From contig NC_134028.1 of assembly GCF_964204645.1 (NCBI RefSeq), positions 2,852,001-2,916,000 on the forward strand: a DNA stretch of 64,000 bases, given 5' to 3'. This stretch comes from Tubulanus polymorphus. Taxonomy: Eukaryota; Animalia; Nemertea. The notes below the pieces were generated by a model that was not told where the DNA came from, did not search any database, and saw nothing but the letters and a program-made list of their open reading frames with translations. Shown piece by piece: positions 1 through 12,530 of this stretch. The translations under genes were made by a program, and so were the position numbers. Within the stretch, counting starts at the first letter, position 1. Every line of letters begins with the position of its first letter.

Positions 1-519
1 TCGAAGCCTAGTAACGAACATGTGAGTACTATTGAGTCATCGTTACACAAGACCCCGCACGTGAGGTGCCCTAATAAAACCGCACAGAAAAACCAACACA
101 GCATATGTGTACGATGTCGCTAGGACAATGCGCTGCAGCGTCATTGACACGGCAACAATAAACGGGCCACTTCTATTCAAATACGCGGCCCACTTCGCTT
201 ACGAGGAAGTGCGGCCCGCCGGAACTTTTTATGCAGCGTGCGCGGGATCGCAGCGATATATATCCGGAAATACACGCTGTGCACCATACGCGTAAACAAC
301 CGTGATGTAATGCGTGTGCCGAGTATTCGAGGCGCACACGCCTCGTGTCCCCGTGTGCCTCGGAGTATTCCGTCGTTGAATAGAAACTCGTAATTAATCG
401 GAAAGTTTCCGCGGCGGTCGCGACTCGCGTCTGACCAAACGCCGACAACGACGATGAATTTGACTAGCGTAAATTCCATAAAGGATTATAAAACGGACCG
501 TAAACAATTTAAACGTAAT

Positions 520-562
520 GCGGTGTGCGTCGCGGTGTGCGTCGCGGTGTGCGTCGCAGTGC
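520..562. repeat. 12-bp tandem repeat (GCGGTGTGCGTC) x3 plus a partial unit
   Basis: Directly visible. Confidence 0.93.
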
Positions 563-3500
563 ATGCCTGTCTGGTTACATTGTATTCACGCTCGTAATGA
601 CGAACAATTATTGAGAAAATCTTATTTCACAAAACTCGGGAAAGACTCTTTGTTTGGAACGAGAATAATCGAATTATTCATCAGTCCTGAAATATGAAAA
701 CCTGCTCGCAATTTCTTGAATACAAATATATTTGCGCCGGCACGAGTGAAATTTCAGTTTGTGACTGCCACAAAATCAGGGGTAGATCTAGGGAATTTTG
801 AATAGGGGGCAAAAAACCTGAGGCCTGGTACATGAACGCGTAGACTCAAAGTCCTTAAGGGGTTTTAGGAGCCCCTCAAGAAAATTTTGAACAAAATGTA
901 TGATGTTCAGAGCAGTGATTCTAGACCAAGTTGACTGGCATTGATTTGCCACTATATGTGTTACTTGTGAATATTTTAGTTCAATAATGAAAATAGCATT
1001 CAATAAATTGAAGATGTTACGATATGCCCTTCCACATCATATATACAACCTTCAGAAAGATGAAGATAATGAAACGCTGGGTGATTCTGTAACCTGGATT
1101 AAGAGTTAATACAGAGGGGTAATCCATCTTGTTCACATGCCACACAATAAACCTGGTTATCCTACACCCATCACATCACAGTCCTAACTCGGCAGGTGTC
1201 TGCAGCCAGGTGATCTCAGACTAGAAAGAGGTCTTTTTATGAGCAAAATTTGGGTCACTTAAATTTTCTATCCATGAAGTATCTAGAATTAATGATATGA
1301 CAAAAAGATATAAGGTTCAAATGCTTTCCAGGGCGGCAACTTTCTGCCATTTTCAAATTTTCCTGAGTTTTCCCTGATTCTTTTCTAGAATGATGAAGAA
1401 TGTGATGAGATACTTGTAGATGAGTTTGATAGAGTCATTCTGAAAGGACTATGAGAGATTGAGTGTTTCATCTAATTCATTGTTGTTACGCGAGAGTCAT
1501 CAATCTTGTTACGCCGTAATGACTGACGAAGTCGTGTCGCGTAATCGAATTATGCGGTTAATAAAAAACGACAAAAAAGTTACGAGCGTCGCGTGGATGA
1601 ATGGTTAGCGATCGGGGCATGTGACTCCACGCCACGCGCGTAGCCGCCCAAAACTAATCAATAATTCATGTCAAATAGAATAATGAACGTCACCATCAAT
1701 AATCAAAACTGAAGAGTCGAACCGACCTCAATAATAACAACAACAAACGCTTCAACGCATCGGGTATAATGAAAAAAGGTCGCAACTTTCCCACATCTCG
1801 ACCACTTCAAACAAAAACACGAGACTCGACCCGCGACTTACACGACACACGCGTCGTGCATAGTCATCGCGGAAGTGTACAAAGTCATGACTCGTCGAGA
1901 TGATTGCGTCCTTCGTCGCGCGGACCGGAAAAAAACCACAGGTGGATCGAGACGAAGCAGATGACGCTGTATGACGACAACAATCACACCGGTTGCCGGT
2001 GAAACGTCCCTAGTAACGGAGACCCGAGTCGGTTGGACGGTCGTATATACGCGTCTCAATTCGAGCAGATGCAATGGTTAATTTGCGGATTGACCCGACC
2101 TCAATGACACGCGTTTTCATTATTATGTAAGCTCGGCTTTGTTGCGTCCCCGGCGAACGTATTAATTCCGTACAATGGACACGGAATCTTTCTCGCCGCA
2201 AAAAATCTGGCATTGTGCTCGAACGAGATTATGAAAATGCAGCCCGCCCCTCGTACGCTCGCACGACTGCCGCACAAAATAAAAAATACGACGATAAAGA
2301 TATCCGTACATCACCTGGCACGAAAAGTTGAAAAGAGCCCAAAACAAAATCTTACGCACAACGTTCGAAACAGTTTGCTTAGTCTGGTCTTAGTCTGGTT
2401 TTTCCCGATCGTAGGACAGAAGACGAACGTATGGAGCCGAAGGACGGAAAATGGGCCGATATTCGCCCCCGCCCAAAGGTAAGCAAAACTTCAGGCTTTT
2501 TTTACCTTCGGGCCGCGTCGATATGGAACGTTGTAATCTTTGAGAAAAGATGAACTGTCATGTCCGATTGTTGTTTACGGCTTTGTTGCAGACTACGAGA
2601 TAGTTATCTTTTCAGATAAAAGAACTGAAATGTTTTCACAAAAAATATTTATCATTTCGAAGGCCATTCGAAAAGAAAAAACTAAAACAACTTGTTGAAA
2701 TGTTTTTTTCAAGCGCAGCGGAAACCGCTGTTCGATGTAGTTCGGAACCGCTGCGCATAAATTCGAATGATTGCCAATGTTTGATAAACTTTTCGTTTAC
2801 ATCACGAGAATCTAATCTTGTAAACGACTTATTGTCTTGACGTGAAACATGTAATAGCGAAGTCTGTAACAAAACGCAACCTTCGGCAAAAAACAACTGC
2901 ACACATGATTCATATGTATATATTACTCCCGCTACAGTTTCCCATAAAGTCATTCGAGGCAACATCGAGGCCTGATGATTTTGTTTTATGGTATGAACCA
3001 GGTATTATCTATTAGACATTGTACTGGAGCAATATTTCATAAATCATAACTCATGTGAAGTTTGGTACAGTTTGGTACTGGGAAAGCCGGCATTGGGAAA
3101 AATACTGCAACCGTCAAGGCCATGAATGTAATGAGTGTCAAACGTATCAATCAATACAGGAGTGGATCCAAGGGGGAGGGTGCAGGGGGTACGTATACCC
3201 CCCCCTCACTAAAAATGTCAAGTTGCCGTGAAATTTTATGGGAAAATGAAATGTTTGAGCGACAAGTACACCAGTGTTATATTTCAATCACATTTGTCAC
3301 TTTCTTCGTTGAAGCAGATATCCAACATGTTTGATATTGTTGTCGCAAAGCAGCAAGTAAGCAGCACACTTAATTTTGAAAATAAACCGTCTGAACGCTT
3401 AGTATTGTACTGAAATCTGCCTGCTTGTATCTCGAGGTCACATAATCTCAAGGTCATCCATGAAAACGATGATTCTCAGAACATATTTTCTAAAGATTTG

Positions 3501-5444
3501 GTGAATGTAATAGGTATATTAGCTATTATATCATGGTTAACTAATGCCATGGCTAGACTAGTAGTGATTCTAATCATATCAACTCATCTGTCACTTTGCA
3601 TATCGAGGCAAATTGATATTGAAAATTTCTCTAATCGAGTTTTGCTTAGTCTACACAATCATTCAATAACATTGTAGCAGACGCTTCTGGTATCAATCAA
3701 TGAAAATGAACTTTTGCCCTCGCGCACCTAACTAATTATACAACAAGTCATACCATACCTGTAAACTGAAAGTGTTAACGCAAACTCAACTTCTCCAAAA
3801 CCTAAAATTATTCATTAGCAAGCTCTTGAACCTAAAACCGATTCCACTGTAAGATATAGTAAGAGCACGGATTGACTAACCTGCAACAACTGGTTGTTGA
3901 AACATAATATGATAAAACCTCCAAACATGAATAATATCCTTGGTCTTCTGAGTAAAATCCATTTTCAGAAAATTCTGACCGGGGATATGTCATCATAAGC
4001 ATTGTGTGGACATCTTATAGTCGAAAATGAGATAAGTTATCAGAAGGACCGATGTGGCTAGTGATTTAGGGCCGACTGGTTGGAAACTGGACGTCTTTAC
4101 GACGCGGTCAAGCTTTAATTGAGAACCGATTTTGTGCGGATACAATTTTTACAAAGAACACGACGAACAAAACACAACACGTGGCAACTAGCGTGTCGAT
4201 TTACCATTTAGTGACCGATGGTCAACTTAATGGCTATCGTTCTATTGTTCGAATGGTCAACCATATCGTTCTTTCCGCTGACCAGTGGTCAATTCCATTA
4301 ATTCACTGAGATAATGACCACCGGTCATCTCGACGCGTGCTTCGCGCGAGTTGATATAATTACTATTAATCGTCTTTATTTCGTGAACTTATCATCGCAT
4401 CTCGAGAGCTTCAGTCGCGCCGTCTCGAAAACCGAGAACCGTATCACGAAAAACATGATCCGACGACGAGTCGAGATTCTTAAAGTGTTCGGTGAATCGT
4501 AGCTAATCCGGCGACACTTGAAAACACGAGACGTGAATCTGATATCGAGATAAGCTACGGAAGTGTTAGAATAATTGCTGCGATTGAAATGTGTATCTCG
4601 GGGTAAACTCGCTAAATTTGTCCGGACCATGGACTCTAAAACGGATCTAGCTCGGATGCTACAGGGGAGATCAAAGGCGGCGTTTTTCGTTTCACGTCCC
4701 TACGTTTTAGAATCCATGGCCCGACCAATAATGCTCGTACGATCATGGCTTAAATAGAGATGAATTGTTCCGAGCACATTGGAATTTCGTCGTAACCGCG
4801 GAAGAAATTAGGGGACGAAAGTCTCTCTAAAACAACAAAAGCTGAACCATACAAATATCGGTGAAACAAGCGGAAATGTTTTGAATACATTTCAATGAAA
4901 TTATGAAAGAAAATGTACCAATAAAAGGAAGCAGTAATCAACGGCTTCACGCTGAATCTTGTTTAAATTTCTGAATATGATGGTTTTTTGGATTTCACAT
5001 TCAACGACCAATGCATCGATTGTCACGTGAACAGACGGCACTATTGAATGCTAAACATATGCTTGTCACTGACCAGATTGAGGGTCATTTCACGAAATCA
5101 GTATTTTACAACCAGACCAGATCCCGCTTTGATAATTTGATAATTACACACCGCGGTTCACGCGATAACACGTGAATTGTTCGAGCAGATCGTACATCAA
5201 GTCGTAGATCGGTGCTAGCCTTTTTGTCCGACTTTTAAATAATAGAAATCTGAGCGCGACGGAATGAAATGAACAGCTACTTCACAGCATCAAACTGATG
5301 ACCAATTAGATAAATAATGTCGAAGATAATATGAGAAAAAAATGAATAGAGGCCATTTCAGTAAGATTGAAATTTAAAAAATCGTTTTTCTCGTTTCACT
5401 GATAATGAAGTTCAGAAACAATCAGAATAAACTTATATCATCAG

Positions 5445-5572
5445 GGCTCAGTTTCACAAAAAAGTTTAACTCAAATTTTTGGTGTAATTGCCATTGGTTA
5501 CTTCATGTTTTCAATGCGGACAACAATTCAAACTTAACCATTTAGGCTAAAACTTTTTCGTGAAACTGAGCC
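5445..5572. mobile_element. 128-bp PIF/Harbinger-like MITE, CAG target duplication
   Basis: TIR GGCTCAGTTTCAC...GTGAAACTGAGCC flanked by CAG/CAG; same-length copy in opposite orientation at 34595-34722. Confidence 0.88.
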
Positions 5573-8500
5573 CAGTTGTGGGTTTTTTACTCATTAACTC
5601 TGAAATACTGCAATCAATATCAATCAGTCTCTATGAGTTATTAGTGTTAACATCCCTCGTTGAAATAAGAACATTTTACTTACGCGGATAGATTCCCTGG
5701 TCGACTAACTCATTGACGGAACGTCTTAGCATCAACTTCCGTTTCAACGCTGAAATGATATAAGAAATTAACGTCAGCAACAGTTATTGAATTCAGAACA
5801 TCTCACGTATCAATCTGATGTAATAATGAATAATGCTAGAAAATGCCAGTATCTTATTCTAATGAGGAATTACCTTTCCCGGCGTAGCCTATGTCAACCA
5901 GGCTTACATTGAACAATTCCACCATTAAAGCAGGCATTATTATCCACTCAACGTTTCTTATACGAATACATATTATGAATCCGATATACTGAAGTGAACG
6001 TACTTAAATGCTACGGATGTGAAAACATAAATTTCAAACATTCGATTTCGTCAGTAAATATCGATAATATCCGGATAGGTTTTGATTTTCTGCTGGTATT
6101 GCCGGGCACTTCCTCTTACTAATTAGTCCATAGTTTTTGACTCTGTATGGTATGTATCGATGAAAATTATATCTAATGCGGTATTTGAAAAAAAAATACG
6201 ATATTTTCACTTGTGTTCTATCGCACGCGCTGGACGTTGTGCTTTCTATGTCAGAGTTCACTATTTCTGTAAGTCCTTATGATTATAACACTCTAGCGAA
6301 GAATGCTGATTTATTATGACTTAATACAGATGTGACAACGTAGAACAAACAATCCAGAAATAGCAGGCATCCGAATCCAATAATTCCAATATATTCTCTA
6401 TGACAGTATGGCCTATGGCCTCACTTGCGTTTATTTCAAAAATGACATTTATCGGTTGGAACATGACTTTCTGAAAACTGAATGAAATGCAATGTATATG
6501 CTAGACTATACGTATAGACAATGCCTGCGAACTTCTGTCATATCCAACAAGGTCGTGTGTATATCTCACAGATAAAAACAGTTAAATATAAGCCCTAATC
6601 ATATTTGGACTACGAGACAAAAACCAATACAGTCACTCAGGTCATGAACGGACTATAGTTTTCATATATAAACGATAATGTCAAATAGGAAGTGTATTGT
6701 TAATATCCTTGAACCAGATCAAGTTGAAATTATAACGGGTTCGAAAACAAGATTAAATTCACAGATTTTAGATATTAAGATTTAGGTTTACTTGAAATTC
6801 ACACGATCAAAAAATCCCATCCATTCCCCTATTCATATTATAAATATCGTAGAGGCAACAGCTTCAAAACCCAGAACAATCGAACCTAGCATTTTGATTA
6901 ATCATGATGTTTGTGATTGCAAGTGGAATCGTCGTCATTCTAACCTTTATTTTTTGGACGGAACATAATTGAATAGAATGGTCGCATTATCTATGAGAAA
7001 TACTTAAAACGCGCGGACGGTAAATTTGAGCAGCTGGTATCGCGTAATTCTAATGACTGATATTTCTAGAGAGCTTTGTGACCACCCGGTGAAAAAAAAA
7101 CCATTATGATTTTTTCGCCGTATCGGTGGCCGACCGCCGAAACATATGTTACATGTTTGCGATCGTATGCTCGAACTCGAACCTCCTCCCGGGGTCTGTC
7201 ATCGTATAACGACTGAGAGTCGAGAAATCATCTCAACAGATGAAATACGATCAACAGGTTCGCGCGGTTCCCGCTTGGGGGCCGTTTACGCTCAGGTGTA
7301 TTCGCATTGTTAAACGTTATAGCCGGTAAAATAGCTGATTAAATCGCGTAGAAATTGGCCGGGTCGTTAAATTGAACCGCGCAGCCGGCCTGACCCAGCA
7401 GGTGATCCGGCCCGGGCTCCGACGAGATGAAACTTTTTGGTTCACCACTTCGTACGAGTAAACAACGGGCAATAATCGCGGCTTCCCGCAACGCACAATA
7501 GAACCGCAACCCGGGTTCACTAGCGCGCGCTGCCGTGATCAAACCCTTCAGGTCATTGTCGTAATAAGATGATGCTTAATTAAACTCGAACACTGTTGCA
7601 TCTTTTCTCTACGGAAAAAAAAACGTTCTTTCTTTCGAGTACGCGCGCTTTATCATGTAAGGTTACGTATAATAGAAATCGTAGCCGAAAGCGTAAACTT
7701 TTTTTTCTCAAAAAAATCTTTTCACGAAAGAATCGCGCGTTTGACAATAGCAACAAAGCCGTTCTAAGAGCGGGGCCGGGTTATTTTCATTTAAGATACG
7801 CCAGTAAGCCGACTGGCGCATTGAGATTTGCTAAAACTCCTCGACAACAAACTTGTGAACTGTAAAATTAAAAACCATAACACTCAAAATAACGGCTTAA
7901 ATGACCGCGAGACATTCATCTCGAGCTCATTGAAACTATTCACAGAAAATTCACACAAAAAAAACAATCGAAAATCTAAAATTTTTAACTGTTAGGAACA
8001 CATTTTTAAACGCAAATATTAGAATAAAGTCTTCATGAATAAAGTCTTCATGTTGCCTCATAACGTCACCTTAATAAACATTCTTATGACAATACATTAT
8101 CTTGAAGAAATCATTGTTATAAGTTTTGAAAGTCGACAGTTTTTTGTTTTGACTCGAGCTAAAAAATGGAAATTAGGAACCTCTTTTGGTGACAAATATT
8201 TGAGGCGACATTACAACTCATTCGTAAATAGCTGAAAGCAAACCTGAAACCTGCGATGACAGCATCGGTTTACAATGAATATCAACACTCTGCTTCATTC
8301 CTGAATAATTTCAAATCAACAAAAAATACATCGTAAATAAACTTATGATCAGAAATGAACAATGTTAAGGAATACAGAACGCAGTCTGTTCCTAGATTCT
8401 ACAAGTTGAATATGTAAGATATGGCATTTCATAGCATTATTCATTTAATATCTGTATAAAATTTGAATTTCAATCTTCCGAGGATCAAACCTCTAAAAGA

Positions 8501-10238
8501 TCTACAAAAAGAAGCTAAATTATGACGCCGGATATGTAATGTGCTGCCCTCTTTTGGTCGAAGCCAGGACTGATTTCGGTAAATAATAATATAATGTGCA
8601 AATACCATTTAAATCAATGGTCAAAACGTGCGGCTGTTTGTAAGGTTTGGTGGTGAATGTTTCCATGCATAGATTATCTGATTTGGTTTCTGGAGTAGTT
8701 ATAGAAGGGAAGGGAACATCCCGACACCACGTTTACCAAATAAACATCAATTTCAGATCAGAGGGGAGGGAGTTCTTACACCATCAGACCACGGTTAGTT
8801 ATGAAGTGACCACCGGACATCATTTGACCACGGCTGGGTAAAATGATACACCGTATGGATAGAAGTGGAAAGCAACTCTAGCAGAATAGACAATAGACCC
8901 ATCATAATGCTACTGATACCTGTGCACCTTTAAAAGGTTACCGCAATCCCCCGAGATATCAGTATCATTATTTCTAAAATATTTCATATATTCTAGTGAA
9001 TTTCTTAGTTTGGTGCGTGTAGGAAAATGGATATTTATGAAAAAAGGTTGAATTTTGATAATTTTATTATCATCATACTAGAAAAATGACTATGGGTTGA
9101 TGATTATGGGGGATTAGTACCTATTTGATTAATATTCACAGGGCATATATGTTATATAGAATTTCATATAGTTACCTTCAGCCGATTGAGTATTCCTTAA
9201 ATAAACATAAAAACAAACAAGAAACGTCATGCAAAATCCAGTACAAAAAAAAATCAAAATGGCCGTGCTTTAAAAAGTGGATGCTGAAAGATTACTGATA
9301 AAACTAATTCAAATATCGGGATTTACGGCAACGAAAATATCTTAAATCCTTTGATCGAAAGAGGTTGGCAAATGATTTTATTAGCGCAGACCTTAGATTT
9401 ATGAAGCAAAGCAAAGAATTTGAATATCAAGCTTCGATTTTAGAAATCTAAAAACTGCAGATGACACGGGCGGGATTTTCAAAACACTTATTTAATTCCG
9501 CCAAAATTTTAACGAAGCGTGAATTTTACTGGTCGGATAGCGAAATATTTGTGAATGAGGAAAAACATTATGTTGGGGTAAGACTAGTAATTCTAACATA
9601 TGTTCGTTAGTAGCTATACTTTTCTCATTATTGAAAGTTAACCCTAAGCACCTGTAACAAGGAAATTGGTGCTGCACGTACGGTTTATCAGAGGTTCACG
9701 TTCAAGTGTACCGTATAGAGATATGGCTTGATAATATACAACATAGCGAGGTCTTAAAAATACCGGAAACGTGGGAATGTTTGATTTTCTGGGCTTGATT
9801 TTCTACCCAAAAATCAAATTCATCCTCGTATTTACAATATTCATCATTCATATACTGTATCACGTTATTTAAAAGAATTTTTTTGAATTCGTTTCGAATA
9901 TTTCGCATAATATTATCCGCTGATTTTTTTTCTGATCGGCATTTCAAACGACTTAATTCAACACCGCATATGTAACTGATATTGCCGCGTAAATGTTGGC
10001 TAAATACAGGGCTGAAAATTTGATTCAACCTTGAAGTAAACTGAATTCAAGATTGATTAAACAAACTAATTTCCAGACCCGCGGTAGTTTAAGCGATGTC
10101 TACATTCCTCTCACTAATTAAAACGGTTAGCAATCTTATATTAATGAATATTTATTTAGATGCTGAACAAACATCGAGTCTCAGCAGTGAAACACTGAAT
10201 ACTACCGACGGTTTGATTCGTGAAGCAAGTCAGTTTCA

Positions 10239-10453
10239 TCACGATAGGTAGAACACAATATCCGTGTTGACGCGATGAGGAGAGAATCCCACAATGATAA
10301 TAAAAAGTCCGAAAATGAAACTTCGAGATAGTAGTTTATTTCAACGTTGCGACTATATCCTAATAGTCATCTTCAGGAATAACGTTGAAATAAACTACTA
10401 TCTCGAAGTTTCATTTTCGGACTTTTTATTATCATTGTGGGATTCTCTCCTCA
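10239..10453. mobile_element. Penelope-like retroelement end fragment forming a perfect 73-bp inverted repeat
   Basis: Arms 10276-10348 and 10381-10453; direct repeat AGTCAGTTTCA at 10228-10238 and 10454-10464; minus strand reads CTGAAGATGACTAT...ATAGTCGCAACGTTGAAATAAA; related sequence at about 52205-52275. Confidence 0.65.
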
Positions 10454-10706
10454 AGTCAGTTTCAGTATGAGCAACTCACGAGTGATATTATCGAAAACTT
10501 TATTTCAATGAGACAGAAGCGACGAGACATTGGCCAGTATTCAAACGATATAGAATGTGTCTAAAGCTACTAGTCGCTGGTGGCGCTGGTTAAAACCATG
10601 CATAATTCATAGAAAAACTAAGCATTTTCTAACTAAACACACGTGATATTTTGAGAGGGATATAAGAGACCAACGGCGTGAATCATCGCATGCGACCGGA
10701 CACTGC

Positions 10707-12464
10707 TCAATCACACTTACATTCTTTGTTTATATCCATGGATGTTTGAAGAGACATTTCTTCAAGTTTCGGGCTCGTAGGTGTGGTGGCGCCACTGGTT
10801 TTCGGGGTGGAAGGCTCGGACGACGATGATGGCGATGATGTAGCTTTATCTTTTTGTTCTTGAGCTTTCCTCTCTTCCATCATTTGACAATCTCGACAGT
10901 AAAACTTATGAATGATATTGATGGTATCGTTGTTTAGTTTACCGGCTGCCGTACCATGCACGCCGGCGAGCCAGTTATTTGTATTGTTCTGTGTGTCTGA
11001 AATGATAGATTACAAAAGAAAATCATAAAAACTCATACGTCTCATACATCTAAATATCTTCATCTTGTGTTACACGACTGCGAAAGTCTTTATGTAACAA
11101 AAAAAGTCAAAAATGAGGTCTACTGGCAAATTTGTTCCCTTAATTATTAAGGCAAAGCTCGCTTCATTTCTCATTCAATATTACTCCCTCTTATCGCGGT
11201 ATTTTGCAAAGAAGTTCGAGATTTCTCTGAACTTTCTTTTCTAATGTCGATTTCTAGTATTTCGATACGAGAGCGATGAACCGCGCTGACAGCAACGCCA
11301 GCTGTCAATCACTAATCATATTTCCAACGTTCATAACAGCAAAATCATTCATCATTACATCTATAATAGTTTCTCCACTTAACAAATGATAACGCGGCAA
11401 AACGCTCATCTATATTGACCTTTTTACATCGTGCCCCGTTAGTACTGGAAGTTGGTACCGAGTTGGAGAGAATGATGAAAGCGCAAGAAGGGGTGAAATT
11501 GGGAACACCTGATCGAAGAGGCAGGTGGCTGGTGCGCCATCGTTAACCTTGACTCTCAGTCAAACATGAAAATACATACATTTACTCACGGAAACAGGCT
11601 TCACCTAAAATTTACCCGACGAAAAAAGAGCGATTTTCCAGGAATTTACTGACAGGTTTTTGCCCGCTGTTCGAACATAAGCATTCATCTTTTTGCGAAA
11701 ACCTCAACAAAGTGTTATTTCACAGCGGGTAAAACCATTGAAATATTACGCTTAGATCAACTGTAAACTACGATACACTACAATAGGTGAAAAGTAAAAT
11801 CTTTAAAGAATAACCGTCTATTTTGCTAAGGCTATGAGCCGCGGTCAGTTCCTCATTCATATTCCAACATATGACCGACTGGTCCTCATTTCAGTGTTTT
11901 CAATATGCTGAAATCTAAAGAGGCTTTTTCATGACATAAAATCGCGGGTACTGAAGTAGCAAGACTTTTGCTCCACTAGAAAATACAGTTTAATGCTTAA
12001 TTCTGGTTTTTCACATTAGCTCGATATATTTCAAAGCAATCATCAGCATTGATAGAATATCGACATTCACTTTGATAGGGGCAGCAAATATCTTATAAGG
12101 GGTGGCTGATCATCAGAGGGGTGGATGTAAAAATGAAAGCGGTGGCCAAACCTCTAAAACCTGTTACAGAAAACGCTGCATTTGAATGGTGGTAGAACTC
12201 GAGTAAGTTAGACCAGTTCATATCCAAGAGCTTGTTCTATACTATACTGCCTACGAGTTGGAAGATCTTTTTACCATTCCCACTTTGGATGTTTTAGCTG
12301 AAAGCGAAAGTCAGTTTATGTCAAAACTACTAAATAAAGAAATGATTAATGGCCGACAGCGTGTGACGTGAGTCAAACGGTAGACATTCCCCTCGTAGAG
12401 AGAGAGAGAGGGGGGGGAGAGAGAGAGAGAGAGAGAGAGAGGGGGAGAGAGAGAGAGAGAGAGG

Positions 12465-12530
<66 letters not shown>

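Noticed and set aside
1389-1443. C/D-box snoRNA (ATGATGA...CTGA)
   Set aside because: Too short, no recognisable guide; such motifs are frequent by chance in this composition
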